64,000 bases of DNA from an uncultured archaeon (GCA_963845175.1 CAWJRI010000015.1:21316-85315); one strand, 5' to 3'; positions 37,790 to 47,856 are shown, counted from the stretch's first letter. Made by a program: numbers and translations. Notes: generated from the letters alone by a model not told the origin.

Positions 37790-40585
37790 TTAAATTACAA
37801 GAATCGCAGGCTTGCCAGGCAGCGCCTGCCTCGCCTTCTGCTCCTTTGAATCCTGCGCATTGATTATTTCAATTTTTAAACCCAGTTCTTTTTCAAGAAA
37901 TTCTTTCGATTCCTTTAAAAAACCAAGTTCATTTTTCTGTGAAGAAACAAATTCAGGTATTTTGTCAATTATCTTCGGCAGCATCTTTGATATATCCTGC
38001 CCATGCTTCTTCAAATCAGTCTGCATGACTGCTTTCAGAACCTTTCCCGTGTTTCTTTCTTCTGCATTCTCCTTCATAAACTTATAAAAATCATATTTCC
38101 ATTGCTCTGAAATAATCACGTTTGCCTTGTTTGGCTTATCTATCTTTGAAAGTTTTATAATCTCTCTTACGTCAGAAACGAGCTGTTCCACCATCTCTTC
38201 GTTCCTGTTTAATTCTTCCTTTATCTTGCCTGCCTGCGGCCAGGATGCGACTGAAACAAATCCTTTTTTCCCTATTTTCTCCCATATTTCCTCACAAACA
38301 AATGGCGCGAACGGCGAAAGCATCAGCAATTGGGTTTCAATAAACTTATTCATCATGCTTTTATTCGGCACAGCTGTTCTTTTAAGATACCATTTAAGGA
38401 TTCTCTGCATGTCAAAAAATCCCTTTAGCAGCGCAGTTCTGAACATGGTTTCTTCCATCGCTTCGGATGTCTCTTTTATTAATTTGTTTATGTTTGATTC
38501 GAACCAATCGTCTATTTGTTTTTTATCATTTCTTCCCTTATTGTAATTTGATACGCAGAAATCATAAAACTGCTCAATTCTTGGCATGAATGATTTAACA
38601 AATGCAGTGTCAAAATTCACGTCGTCAAGGCCTTCACCGCCATAAAGCACAGCAACTCTTGAAGCGTCTGCTCCAAACTCAGAGACAAGATTCCTAATAA
38701 GCAAAAAATTTCCTTTTGACTTTGACATTTTCTCGCCATCAACTGTAATCCAGCCATTTGCGCCAATTCCTTTTGGCCAGTATTTTTCAGGGAATATTGC
38801 AGTATGGTTGAAAATGCAGAATGTAAGGTGGTTTTGGATTAAATCCTTGCCAGAGTTCCTGAAATCCAGCGGATACCAGTATTCAAACTCTTTTTTTAAC
38901 TCATCAATTATTTTGATATCCGGCTTGCTGCCTTTTCCAAGGAAAACATAATCAAATAATTTGTCATCAATTTTTTCAATTGGAATTTCTTTTATCCTGT
39001 GCGAGATTGTATAAAATGACATGTATATCGTCGAATCAGACAGACTTTCAATAACCCATTTTTCATCCCAAGGAAGTTTTGTGCCAAGCCCGAATTCCCT
39101 TGTGCACGGCCAGTCATTCAGCCAGTCAATCACATAATCAAACTGGTTTCTTGCCTTTTCAGGATAAAGCTTAATCTTGTCAAGGCATTTGTGGGTAATT
39201 TTTTTCCATTCAGGATTTGAATAATTCAGGAACCACTGGTCTGAAACAATTTTTACAATCGAAGGAGTCAGGCACCTGCATACAACTCTGCCTGTCAGTT
39301 CATAAAACTTGTCTGCTTTTTTATTCTCAATCAGCTCTTTCTTCACAAGCTCCTTTGCTTTCTCAACAGGCATCCCCGAGTATTTGCCGCAATTTTTGTT
39401 CATTACTCCAGCATAAAATCCTGCCTTGTATACAATCTTTTTTGCTTTCTCAAGTTTTTCGCGTTCATGCTGGTTGTTTACTTTCATTTCATCGCATATT
39501 TTAACAGCAGGCATATCCCCCATTTCCCTGGTGAAAATGATTGGAATTGGCTTAATTTTATTTATTTTTTCAAAATCAAGTCCGTATTTTTTGCACAGTT
39601 TCTCATCTGACTGCAGATCTTTTAGTCCAATGTAATCATCAGGGGCGTCTGAAGGAACAGATGTCACTATGCCCGTGCCTTTATCAGGATCGCAAAAAAA
39701 TGAAGGCAGAATTATTATTTCCCTGTCTATACCTGGGGCAATACAGATTTTTCCAATTAAATCTTTTCCTGCTATTTTTCCGGTCTCTTTGACATTCTTG
39801 TCCTGCTCTTTTAATTTAGAGAAAAATTGCTCAGAACCAATCCAGATTTCCCCATCAACTTTGGCTTTTTTGTACTCTGTCTCAGGATCAACCCAGAGAT
39901 TTGTCTGCCCATAAACTGTTTCCGGCCTCAATGTTGCCGCAATAATATAATCTGTTCCAAACTTAAATTTTAATAATGTAAATTCCTGAGGAGTCTCACC
40001 CTCTCCTTCTACCCTTGAATGATCTCCGACAGGTGAGTTGTCTTTTTTGCACCACACAACAGGGTGCTTTCCCTTTACGACATAGTTTTTTTCTTTTAAT
40101 TTTCTGAACTGCCATTGAATAAATTTGTCATAATAAGGATTAAGGGAGGTTGTTACGAATTCTCTCCTAAAATCTATTGAAATGCCTGCGTTTTTGTAGT
40201 CCTTCTTGTATTCTTTTGGAAAAAATTCAACCCAATACTCTGTATTGCCGAATTTTTTAATGTCTTTGTCAGAAAATCCCATTTCTTTCATAATTTTGAT
40301 TTGTTTTGGCTCGTTTTCTCTTATTCTTTCAGCAGCATTTTCAATAGGAGAGCCAGTGCAATGCCAGCCCTGAGGGAATAGAACATTAAACCCATTCATG
40401 CGCTTGTATCTAGAAAATGCCTCAATTCTCATCAACGTGTAAAAGTGTCCCAGATGAGAATATCCATTCATGTAAGGATATGGAAACGTTCCGAAGAATT
40501 TTTTTCTTTTATCTGGATTCGCCTCAAACAGCTTAGCAACTTCCCACTTCTTCTGCCACTTTTCCTGGATCTTTATGAAGTCCAT
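37790..40585 (-). CDS. leuS: Leucine--tRNA ligase (archaeal type)
   Basis: 931 aa; 'PYMNGYSHLGH' HIGH, 'KMSKSKGN' KMSKS, editing domain. Confidence 0.9.
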   Translation of the reverse strand: MDFIKIQEKWQKKWEVAKLFEANPDKRKKFFGTFPYPYMNGYSHLGHFYTLMRIEAFSRYKRMNGFNVLFPQGWHCTGSPIENAAERIRENEPKQIKIMKEMGFSDKDIKKFGNTEYWVEFFPKEYKKDYKNAGISIDFRREFVTTSLNPYYDKFIQWQFRKLKEKNYVVKGKHPVVWCKKDNSPVGDHSRVEGEGETPQEFTLLKFKFGTDYIIAATLRPETVYGQTNLWVDPETEYKKAKVDGEIWIGSEQFFSKLKEQDKNVKETGKIAGKDLIGKICIAPGIDREIIILPSFFCDPDKGTGIVTSVPSDAPDDYIGLKDLQSDEKLCKKYGLDFEKINKIKPIPIIFTREMGDMPAVKICDEMKVNNQHEREKLEKAKKIVYKAGFYAGVMNKNCGKYSGMPVEKAKELVKKELIENKKADKFYELTGRVVCRCLTPSIVKIVSDQWFLNYSNPEWKKITHKCLDKIKLYPEKARNQFDYVIDWLNDWPCTREFGLGTKLPWDEKWVIESLSDSTIYMSFYTISHRIKEIPIEKIDDKLFDYVFLGKGSKPDIKIIDELKKEFEYWYPLDFRNSGKDLIQNHLTFCIFNHTAIFPEKYWPKGIGANGWITVDGEKMSKSKGNFLLIRNLVSEFGADASRVAVLYGGEGLDDVNFDTAFVKSFMPRIEQFYDFCVSNYNKGRNDKKQIDDWFESNINKLIKETSEAMEETMFRTALLKGFFDMQRILKWYLKRTAVPNKSMMNKFIETQLLMLSPFAPFVCEEIWEKIGKKGFVSVASWPQAGKIKEELNRNEEMVEQLVSDVREIIKLSKIDKPNKANVIISEQWKYDFYKFMKENAEERNTGKVLKAVMQTDLKKHGQDISKMLPKIIDKIPEFVSSQKNELGFLKESKEFLEKELGLKIEIINAQDSKEQKARQALPGKPAILVI

Positions 40586-40587
40586 AA

Positions 40588-40785
40588 TCAGAATTTTTTG
40601 AACTGGGCAATTGTGTCTATCAAATCAACGTGGCCTAGGAACATCGCCCTGCAGCAGTATCTCTCAAGCCCAAGGCTGTCTAATACCTTCTTCTTGTCCT
40701 CGCCTTTTGCAACTCTCTCCTCATATTCTTCCCACAAGTGCGCGATTGGCTTTCCGCAGCTCCAGCATCTTATTGGTATTATCAT
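40588..40785 (-). CDS. rpoN: DNA-directed RNA polymerase subunit N (Rpo10/RpoN)
   Basis: 65 aa; 'MIIPIRCWSCGK...YCCRRM' zinc-bundle signature. Confidence 0.85.
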   Translation of the reverse strand: MIIPIRCWSCGKPIAHLWEEYEERVAKGEDKKKVLDSLGLERYCCRAMFLGHVDLIDTIAQFKKF

Positions 40786-40787
40786 TT

Positions 40788-41189
40788 TTACCTCTTGCTC
40801 AATTGCTTTTTCTGCCTGGCTTTGCCCCTATTGTTTGGCTTTCTCGGTTCTCTCTGCCTAACATCCGCAATCAGCAGATTTCTGTCATAAGCCAGGAATG
40901 TCTGCTTTAATTTTTCTGATTTTGAAAAGTTAACAAGCGCCTTTGCAATCGCAAGCCTTCCAGCCTCTGCGCCTGCAATCTGGCCTCCGCCGTTTATATC
41001 AACATCAATGTCAACCTTATCTATTAAATCACCTGCAAGAACTAAAGGCTCTTTTAGCTTCAGCAGAGCCATTTTCGGCTTGACAAGTTCAATTGGAATC
41101 TTGTTAATTCTTACTTTACCGTTTCCTTCCCTAATTACAGCCCTTGCTATTGCCTTTTTTCTCTTTCCAGATGTGTTTAATATCTTCAT
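40788..41189 (-). CDS. rps9: 30S ribosomal protein S9 (uS9)
   Basis: C-terminal 'PRKPNNRGKARQKKQLSKR'. Confidence 0.9.
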   Translation of the reverse strand: MKILNTSGKRKKAIARAVIREGNGKVRINKIPIELVKPKMALLKLKEPLVLAGDLIDKVDIDVDINGGGQIAGAEAGRLAIAKALVNFSKSEKLKQTFLAYDRNLLIADVRQREPRKPNNRGKARQKKQLSKR

Positions 41190-41605
41190 TTTGCACCAAT
41201 CTCTTTTGAAATTTCTCCAATTGTTACGTATTTGAGATTAGGAAGCTTTGATACATTTGCCTCTTTTATCGTTGCAATCATTTTTTCATTTTCAAATTCA
41301 CTTGGAACTCCTATGTGGCATTTTATCCTTTTTAACGCCTTACTGCCTCTCTCTTTCTTGTATGGAAGCATACCTCTGATAACTCTTTTTACAAATCTAT
41401 CTGCGCTCCTTGTAAAATAAGGTCCTTTGAAAGGGCTGTGGCCAAGATCTCTTTTTCTCTTGTACTTCTCAATTACGTTTCTTCTGCTTCCTGTTATGAC
41501 TGCCTTTTCGCAGTTGACAATATCAATTTTCTCGCCAAGCAAAGCAAGCTTTGCAGCCCTTGTAGCCATTCTTCCAACAATCAGGTTTGTTGCGTCTATT
41601 ATCAT
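41186..41605 (-). CDS. rpl13: 50S ribosomal protein L13 (uL13)
   Basis: 'IIDATNLIVGRMAT' N-terminus. Confidence 0.9.
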   Translation of the reverse strand: MIIDATNLIVGRMATRAAKLALLGEKIDIVNCEKAVITGSRRNVIEKYKRKRDLGHSPFKGPYFTRSADRFVKRVIRGMLPYKKERGSKALKRIKCHIGVPSEFENEKMIATIKEANVSKLPNLKYVTIGEISKEIGAK

Positions 41606-41961
41606 CCCAGCACCCTCATCTGCGACGGCTTAATGTTCTTTTTCATCAGCTCGGGGATTGTCATGCATGTTCCCTTTGCCTTTGTTATCTTTTCTTTTGC
41701 CTGCTCTGAAAACTGCCATGCAGTCACCACAAGCTTCTTGTCTATCTCGCCTGCTGCAAGAACCTTGCCAGGCACGATTATTATCTCGTTTTCCTTTCCG
41801 TACTTGTTTATTCTTGAAAGATTGACAGCTCTTCTGTTTCTTGAAGGCGCTTCCAGGTCAAGCGCAATCCTTTTCCAGATGCCTGCGTTGCTTGTGCTTG
41901 ACAGTATCTTAAGCTCTGTAATGAGATTTTTCAAGTTTTGATTTGTTGGTCCTGTTCTCAT
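41602..41961 (-). CDS. rpl18e: 50S ribosomal protein L18e (eL18)
   Basis: 'RTGPTN..L..LI..L...S..WKRIA..L..P.R.R..VNLSRI'. Confidence 0.85.
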   Translation of the reverse strand: MRTGPTNQNLKNLITELKILSSTSNAGIWKRIALDLEAPSRNRRAVNLSRINKYGKENEIIIVPGKVLAAGEIDKKLVVTAWQFSEQAKEKITKAKGTCMTIPELMKKNIKPSQMRVLG

Positions 41962-42054
41962 TTTGAATTATGATTTTGTTTTGTTCGTCGTTGACCGTGG
42001 GTTTGAGCGCGCCAGCGCGAAAACCCACACCTTTACTCAATTTTTGGTAAAAAT

Positions 42055-42138
42055 TGCGGGGGACGGGAATCGAACCCGCGCAGGCACTAAGCCATACGGC
42101 CCTCAACCGTACTCTTTTGGCCACTCAGACACCCCCGC
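42055..42138 (-). tRNA. tRNA-Leu (anticodon GAG), type II with long variable arm, no intron
   Basis: Reverse complement folds as GCGGGGG acceptor / D-arm with 11-nt loop / anticodon stem UACGG-CCGUA loop UUGAGGG / 16-nt variable arm / T-arm GCGGG-UUCGAUU-CCCGU / A73. Confidence 0.8.
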
Positions 42139-42144
42139 ATATAT

Positions 42145-42930
42145 TTAAGCGGGTTTGTTGAGGAGATTGCCGAACTCATCAAGCTGCTTTTCAATTGTCT
42201 CTACAGCAACCTTCATTATTTCTGAACAGTCAAGCTGTCCGAATGATTCAATATAAAATATGAAATCAGTGTCCTTCTCATTCAGCTTTATCTCGCCGTT
42301 TGTTATGTCGACACACGCGCCGCAAAGATGGCACTCATCAAGGTTCTTGATTGCAAGCTTCTTGTTCTTGATTTCAAAAACATCCTTTGGGCATATCTTT
42401 ACAACCTCTTCTGCGTTCTCGGGATTTTTTACAATCTCAATGTAAGGCTTGTACTTGTACCAGACGTGTCCTGGGCTCCATTTTGAATGCTCCTTGCCTT
42501 TTCCAAGCACAGCAGTAACCTCAACCTCAAGCTCCTGCCCCTTAAGCAGTTTTGCTATAGGCATTTTTGGATAAACTGGCTTTATTGCAGGGTCCTTAAA
42601 TTTCAGCTCAGAAGCGTAAACAATTCCAGGGCCTTTTGCCTTTAAACTGCCTGTTACCTGGCATTTAGCACAGCCTTCTCCCTTGCATGTGCATTCTTCC
42701 GGCAGGGTGTAGGTTTCCAAATCTGTCTTGAGAGGAACAAGCCCCAGCCTGTGCGCAATTATCTCATCATAAAGTATCGAGCTGTTTTTTCTGAACTCGA
42801 CATCCTCTATGGCCATTGCAGGAACTTCATCCTTGATGACCCTTCTCAGCGTGTTTGCAAAAGCCGGCGTAACGCCCGTAAGCAAAAAACTCATTCTGTC
42901 CTTTTTCTTGTCTAGGATTTCAAGCTTCAT
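42145..42930 (-). CDS. rpoD: DNA-directed RNA polymerase subunit D (Rpo3/RpoD) with 4Fe-4S cysteine clusters
   Basis: 261 aa; '[11 protein letters not shown]' and 'CHLCGACVD' cysteine motifs; operon position between S11 and L18e. Confidence 0.85.
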   Translation of the reverse strand: MKLEILDKKKDRMSFLLTGVTPAFANTLRRVIKDEVPAMAIEDVEFRKNSSILYDEIIAHRLGLVPLKTDLETYTLPEECTCKGEGCAKCQVTGSLKAKGPGIVYASELKFKDPAIKPVYPKMPIAKLLKGQELEVEVTAVLGKGKEHSKWSPGHVWYKYKPYIEIVKNPENAEEVVKICPKDVFEIKNKKLAIKNLDECHLCGACVDITNGEIKLNEKDTDFIFYIESFGQLDCSEIMKVAVETIEKQLDEFGNLLNKPA

Positions 42931-43331
42931 ACTCTTCTACCTCTCTTTCCTCCTTTCTTTCTGCAGCTGTCATGAGGTATTGGCGTGACATCCTCAATAA
43001 TTCCAATTCTCAAGCCTGCCCTTGAAAGCGCTCTCACAGCTGCCTGTGCGCCTGGTCCAGGTGAGGTTGGTCCGTTCTGTCCGCCAGGTCCCCTTACTTT
43101 AACATGAACTCCATTAATTCCTTTTTCCCTTGTGACCTCTGCAACCCTTTTGGAGGCAATCATTGCTGCAGTTGGCGAGCTTTCAAGCCTGTGCGCCTTG
43201 ACAACCAGTCCGCCTGAGCCGACTGCAATTGTTTCTGTTCCTGTTATGTCAGTCACGTGGATAATTGTATCATTGTAAGAAGCATAGATATGAGCTATTC
43301 CCCATCTTATATTTTCTCCCCTGCCGTTCAT
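42927..43331 (-). CDS. rps11: 30S ribosomal protein S11 (uS11)
   Basis: '[22 protein letters not shown]'. Confidence 0.9.
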   Translation of the reverse strand: MNGRGENIRWGIAHIYASYNDTIIHVTDITGTETIAVGSGGLVVKAHRLESSPTAAMIASKRVAEVTREKGINGVHVKVRGPGGQNGPTSPGPGAQAAVRALSRAGLRIGIIEDVTPIPHDSCRKKGGKRGRRV

Positions 43332-43849
43332 GCTTTCTTTACCTCTCTCTCAGGATGCGCCTGGTCAGCCAGAGCTGAATTTTCTGAAAAGCCTATCTGC
43401 GGCTCCTCTTCAATTGAAACGATATGCGAAGGTGATGTGACAATCTTGCTTCCGATTTTTATGTGCCTGTGGACTATGAACTGCCTTGCCTGCTTTGTGG
43501 ATTTTGCAAGATTTTTCCTGTAAATCAGCGTCTGAAGCCTTCTTTCAAGAATATCCTTCAGCGATATTCCAAGGCTGTCCTCGATTGTCGCGTCCGGCTT
43601 CAGCAGTCCGAGCCTTTTCAGCTTCTGCAGTAAAAGTGATTTTTCCTTTTCAGCCTGCTCGCTCTGCTCCGCAATCAGCTTCTTTGCCTGCATCGCGGCT
43701 TTTTTTATGAACGAGCCCATCTTCCATATCTCGTTTTTGTTGCTCAGTGCATATTCTTTTTTGAGCGGCCTTTCCTCGTCTAGCCTGACCTTCTGCCACA
43801 TGTGGCTTGGCCCGTGATATTTTTTTCTTTGTTTTTTTGGTGAACCCAT
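43328..43849 (-). CDS. rps4: 30S ribosomal protein S4 (uS4)
   Basis: '[14 protein letters not shown]' N-terminus, S4 RNA-binding domain. Confidence 0.9.
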   Translation of the reverse strand: MGSPKKQRKKYHGPSHMWQKVRLDEERPLKKEYALSNKNEIWKMGSFIKKAAMQAKKLIAEQSEQAEKEKSLLLQKLKRLGLLKPDATIEDSLGISLKDILERRLQTLIYRKNLAKSTKQARQFIVHRHIKIGSKIVTSPSHIVSIEEEPQIGFSENSALADQAHPEREVKKA

Positions 43850-43856
43850 TTTAAAA

Positions 43857-44357
43857 TCACTTCTTTGATGGTGATGCTGCCGGCGCTATCTTTTTCTTCG
43901 ATACGCCCATTACTTTTCCTTTGTTCTTTCTGAAGTGTGATTTTGTGCTCTGGCCCCTTACAGGCTGTCCAAGGCCGTGCCTTACTCCCTTGTAGCATTT
44001 TATCTTTTTCATCATCTTGATGTCATTATCAATTGTAAATTTCAAATCGCTGCTCAAAAGATGCTTGTCACTGCCGTCTTCCGGATCGCTTCTTCTGTTT
44101 ACCATCCACAGCGGAGCGCCCGAGGCAATTGGATTGTAAACTATGCTTTCTATTTTTTTGACTTCCTCATTTGTAAGGTCGCCTGCCTTTTTGCTGTTTT
44201 CAATGCCAGAAATAGTGCAGACAGCGTTTGCAAACATAAAGCCGACCCCGTTGATTTTTCTTAGAGCCCTGATTATCTTTTTGTTGCCGTCCAAATCAGT
44301 ATTGGCAATTCTTACTATGTGCTTGAAGCCTTTTTCGTCCATTTTGAATATGCCCAA
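43857..44357 (-). CDS. rps13: 30S ribosomal protein S13 (uS13)
   Basis: 'HIVRIANTDLDGNKKI..AL..I.GVG' N-terminus. Confidence 0.9.
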   Translation of the reverse strand: MGIFKMDEKGFKHIVRIANTDLDGNKKIIRALRKINGVGFMFANAVCTISGIENSKKAGDLTNEEVKKIESIVYNPIASGAPLWMVNRRSDPEDGSDKHLLSSDLKFTIDNDIKMMKKIKCYKGVRHGLGQPVRGQSTKSHFRKNKGKVMGVSKKKIAPAASPSKK

Positions 44358-44442
44358 GAATAAGTCTTAAAACAAGTTTTAAGACCCTATAAACGCTCAA
44401 AAGCTGAACTCGGGCCGATTTATATGAAGATTTGGGGGTTGT

Positions 44443-44973
44443 TTATAAAGATTTTGGTTTCCTTTCATATTTTATATATGACAATATTCTTGTAACCCCA
44501 TAGGGCAGTATAAATGCAATTACATATAGCAGGCTTACAAGCACAGGATTCTGATGTATCGGGCTCTGGAAAACAATACTCAGCCTGTTTGCAACATTAA
44601 CCATCACAAAAACAGTTATGACTGCAATTGCAGGAATGAACACACCAGCAATAACATGATGCGTTGGCTCCATGTGCTCTATGGCATTTATCAGGAAATT
44701 AAATACTGTTCCAAATGTAACTGCAAGCACAACAATCACGAAATAAAGCTGGTAGCTTGAAAGCACAATAAGGAATGGAATCAGGATGACTGAAATGAAG
44801 AAGTTGCCGACAATCGCTATTATCAGGGAAAGCCAGTAAATGACAGGATTCATGTTTCTCGTGTAGATAATTTTGCCCTTTTTGTCTTCAGAATACATTA
44901 TCTCCATCGCGTGCTTTATCTCTTCATCACTCCACCCCTTTTCCTTCATCTTTTCTTCAAAACTCTTTGGCAT
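44443..44973 (-). CDS. Membrane protein (4 TM), unknown
   Basis: 176 aa, soluble N-domain plus 4 TM. Confidence 0.3.
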   Translation of the reverse strand: MPKSFEEKMKEKGWSDEEIKHAMEIMYSEDKKGKIIYTRNMNPVIYWLSLIIAIVGNFFISVILIPFLIVLSSYQLYFVIVVLAVTFGTVFNFLINAIEHMEPTHHVIAGVFIPAIAVITVFVMVNVANRLSIVFQSPIHQNPVLVSLLYVIAFILPYGVTRILSYIKYERKPKSL

Positions 44974-44994
44974 TTTTTATTGGTCGCGAATGGT

Positions 44995-45756
44995 TTATTT
45001 AAACTTTTTCATTAGCCTGCTCAAAACGCTTTCCTTCTGCAGCGTCTCCCTGAATTCCTCGCCAAGCAGTGTTGCAGCCAGTTTCTTGTAGGAGTATGAT
45101 GCGGCGCTTTCCGGATGTGAATAGACAACAGGAAACTTGCATTTCAGCGATTTCCCGACATTATCATCATAAGGCACGACGCCAATGACTGGCTTTTCAA
45201 GAATTGTTTCTATGTTCTGCGTTGTCAGCTCGTCATCGCCCGACTTGTTGACAATCACGCCAAAGACCCTCACTCCGATTTCCTCAGCGAGCTTGATTGT
45301 TTTCAGCGCGTCTGTCACAGAAGGCATGTCCGGCGTCACAACAACAAGCAGGTTGTCGCATGCCTTCATTGCATCCGTGACTTCATCATTCAGCCCGGCA
45401 GCGATGTCAAGCAGCGCGATATCAACCTTTCCATGCAAATCCAGCATTGTGTCGCTCAAAGACTTGTGCGCCTTTGTCTTAGAATCCTCAAATGAGATGC
45501 TTGCAGGAATTATCCTCAGCCCGGAAATGTGCTTGTAGGCTGCGTCAGCTATGTGCGCATTTCCCTTTACTGCGTCATGCAGCGTGATGGGCATTCTTGA
45601 TATGCCCAGATGAAGACCAACATTGGGTGTTTTCAGGTTGGCGTCGACAATGACAACATCCCTTCCAAAATTTGTAAGAACCATTCCCAGATTTATTGCG
45701 GTTGTTGTTTTTCCAACACCTCCTTTTCCAGACACAATCCCGACGAATCTACTCAT
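44995..45756 (-). CDS. minD: MinD/ParA-family P-loop ATPase
   Basis: Deviant Walker A 'GKGGVGKTTT'; 253 aa. Confidence 0.8.
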   Translation of the reverse strand: MSRFVGIVSGKGGVGKTTTAINLGMVLTNFGRDVVIVDANLKTPNVGLHLGISRMPITLHDAVKGNAHIADAAYKHISGLRIIPASISFEDSKTKAHKSLSDTMLDLHGKVDIALLDIAAGLNDEVTDAMKACDNLLVVVTPDMPSVTDALKTIKLAEEIGVRVFGVIVNKSGDDELTTQNIETILEKPVIGVVPYDDNVGKSLKCKFPVVYSHPESAASYSYKKLAATLLGEEFRETLQKESVLSRLMKKFK

Positions 45757-46204
45757 TTTTTACCAGCTCCCTCACATACTCTACAAAGTTTTTTGTCTTG
45801 TCAAAATACTCGTGTATAACATCTATGTTTATTTCCATTTTCTTGTCTTTGAATTCAACAGTCATTGTGACGTGCCTTCTGTATTCTCTCGCCCTCTCGT
45901 ATTTTGCCTTGCTTATCTGCCTCAGCAAAAGATAAAATTCAATGTTTTCCGCAATCTTTGGGTCGTTGCTGTAGTAATTCTTAACAGCATCGCACTTTGC
46001 AACAATGCTTGGAGGCGTTTCAGTTATCTTGCCTTCTTCTTCAAGCTTTTTTAGAATGGCGGCGATTGCAAAATCATAGGCATTTATCAGCCTTTCAATT
46101 ATATTTTTTATTACATCGACTGTTCTTGTGTATTTCAGGCTGACATAAATCAAGTGGTCCGCCCTTTTCAACTCCTCGTTTGCCTCAAACAAAGCTTCTT
46201 TCAT
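45749..46204 (-). CDS. Uncharacterized helical protein, paralog B of a tandem pair
   Basis: 151 aa; C-terminal 'TMTVEFKDKKMEINIDVIHEYFDKTKNFVEYV' aligns with 'MRTITIEMLRDYVEKTKRFYSHMEETV' of 46185..46673. Confidence 0.35.
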   Translation of the reverse strand: MKEALFEANEELKRADHLIYVSLKYTRTVDVIKNIIERLINAYDFAIAAILKKLEEEGKITETPPSIVAKCDAVKNYYSNDPKIAENIEFYLLLRQISKAKYERAREYRRHVTMTVEFKDKKMEINIDVIHEYFDKTKNFVEYVRELVKNE

Positions 46205-46673
46205 CTAGATTCCTCACTGTCTCTTCCATGTGTGAATAAAATCTTTTTGTTTTTTCAACATAGTCGCGCAGCATCTCTATCGTTATTGTCCTCATCCTGT
46301 AATCATCGTCGCAGATTACAAACGCGTCCTTCCTTGAAAATTCAACGGGGCTGTGTTTGTGCCTGCTGACAAGCTCGTTTATTTCGTGAATAAATCCAAC
46401 CATTTCAGTCAGCTTGTTCATCGGCGCCGACTTCATCTTGAAAATATTGAACTTCGACTCAAAATTGTCATAAAATGGCGGTATTCTCCTGTAAATCCTG
46501 TCATAGTAGAGAACCGCGGACATTATGTGCTCAAGCGAAATGCTCAGGTTGTTCAGGACCGCAAGCAGCAGCTTGGGATCCTTGACCAAAGGATAGGTCT
46601 GTGTGAGCATATAGTCTGCAGACTTTAAAAATTTTAGCGCGTCTTCTTTTGCTTTTTGGAATCTTTCTGTCAT
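46185..46673 (-). CDS. Uncharacterized helical protein, paralog A of a tandem pair
   Basis: 162 aa; overlaps paralog B by 20 nt. Confidence 0.35.
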   Translation of the reverse strand: MTERFQKAKEDALKFLKSADYMLTQTYPLVKDPKLLLAVLNNLSISLEHIMSAVLYYDRIYRRIPPFYDNFESKFNIFKMKSAPMNKLTEMVGFIHEINELVSRHKHSPVEFSRKDAFVICDDDYRMRTITIEMLRDYVEKTKRFYSHMEETVRNLDERSFV

Positions 46674-46680
46674 GTTAGAG

Positions 46681-47019
46681 CTAGCTTTGCAACTCCAGTA
46701 TTGCTTCTGCCAAATCGCCTTTGTGCTTTTTTATGGCATTCAAAGCTGTTTTTTTGTCAACATCCGCCTGCTCCATCACTGTTTTTATGTCATCTTCTGA
46801 GATTTCAGGATCAGTTGACAGCCCCTTTTCCACCCCTTCTCCGATTATCTGGTAAGTTTCCTGGCCCATCATGTTGACCTTTGCAACCTGAGGGCTTTTG
46901 AATATTATTTCCTTGTCTTTTGTCCTGATTATAACTTCTGTTGCATCTACATCAACTTGCTGGATGCCTAATTTCTTCATCATTCCAGCCATCTGCCTAG
47001 GATTCATTCCTGGTATCAT
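46681..47019 (-). CDS. nac: Nascent polypeptide-associated complex protein (NAC-alpha homolog, NAC plus UBA domains)
   Basis: 'MMKKLGIQQ...EVIIRTKDKEIIFKSPQV' NAC domain, C-terminal 'DDIKTVMEQADVDKKTALNAIKKHKGDLAEAILEL' UBA-like. Confidence 0.8.
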   Translation of the reverse strand: MIPGMNPRQMAGMMKKLGIQQVDVDATEVIIRTKDKEIIFKSPQVAKVNMMGQETYQIIGEGVEKGLSTDPEISEDDIKTVMEQADVDKKTALNAIKKHKGDLAEAILELQS

Positions 47020-47021
47020 TT

Positions 47022-47195
47022 TATATTCCTAGCAGACTATTGCCATACATATGCAGAAGAATCACTATCACCATTACAATTATGCATAAAACAATCACAA
47101 CGCCTGGCTTGAACTCTATTTTAGAAGTATATTCATCAAAATAGCGAACCAGGCCTCCCATGCTGGAAGGCATATGTATTCTGTCCTGTGCCATG
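47022..47195 (-). CDS. secG: Protein translocase subunit Sec61-beta (SecG, archaeal), unannotated 57-aa ORF
   Basis: Translates to MAQDRIHMPSSMGGLVRYFDEYTSKIEFKPGVVIVLCIIVMVIVILLHMYGNSLLGI; 'GLVRYFDE' plus single C-terminal TM is the Sec61-beta signature. Not in ORF track (below 60 aa). Confidence 0.65.
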
Positions 47196-47239
47196 TATAT
47201 ATAAGATTAAAGCTTGTATTTAAATGTTTTGAAGAAAAT

Positions 47240-47545
47240 GTGTAGGGCAGAATAAGCCGCCTTTTGTAAGCCTTCGTTGCCGAACAGGCTTTGCTGGCAT
47301 TCTACTAAGCGCCCGAATGGGCTTGCACAAGCCAGGACTCGCCGTTTCATCGTTCCCTATGGCAATGTCAAAGGGTTAGCTCTCAGCCTTCGCAGGCTGA
47401 TTCGCCATTATCATCCTAACCATAGGCCGTGCCGTTTCTGAGCCGTTGCCATCCATTTCTGGATCTTCCTTGCGGAAGTGGCCTTTTGCTGTGGGCGGAC
47501 TTTCCTCAGTTCTTGCGAACCGATAGCCAACTACTGCCCCTACAC
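47240..47545 (-). ncRNA. rnpB: RNase P RNA
   Basis: On minus strand: 'GAGGAAAGUCCGCCC' CR-I, 'GGCGGCUUAUUCUGCCC' CR-V-like near the 3' end, P1 pairing between 5' GUGUAGGGGCAG and 3' CUGCCCUACAC; GC-rich island. Confidence 0.7.
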
Positions 47546-47577
47546 AGTATCTTCGTTCAAAGAAGTCATATTTAAGT

Positions 47578-47856
47578 TTATCGCTTCTTCTTTATCTCTT
47601 CTCTCAGAAGCCTTAATTCAGTCAGCTGATTTTCTATAACCGTTCTCAGCTCTTCTTTCATGTTTTCTGCAACAGCAACAAGAATTATTATGCAGATTAG
47701 GACAAGCCAGAGAAATATTGCGAACAGGCCCTCCCAGGTCAACACCCCCGTTGTGCTGAACACTCTATAGATAAGGCCGTAACCAATCATGACAATCAAA
47801 ATTCCTATGACAAGAAGTATTTTTTCAAAGACATTCGGTGTCCTTATTGTTGGCAT
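47578..47856 (-). CDS. Small 2-TM membrane protein
   Basis: 92 aa. Confidence 0.25.
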   Translation of the reverse strand: MPTIRTPNVFEKILLVIGILIVMIGYGLIYRVFSTTGVLTWEGLFAIFLWLVLICIIILVAVAENMKEELRTVIENQLTELRLLREEIKKKR

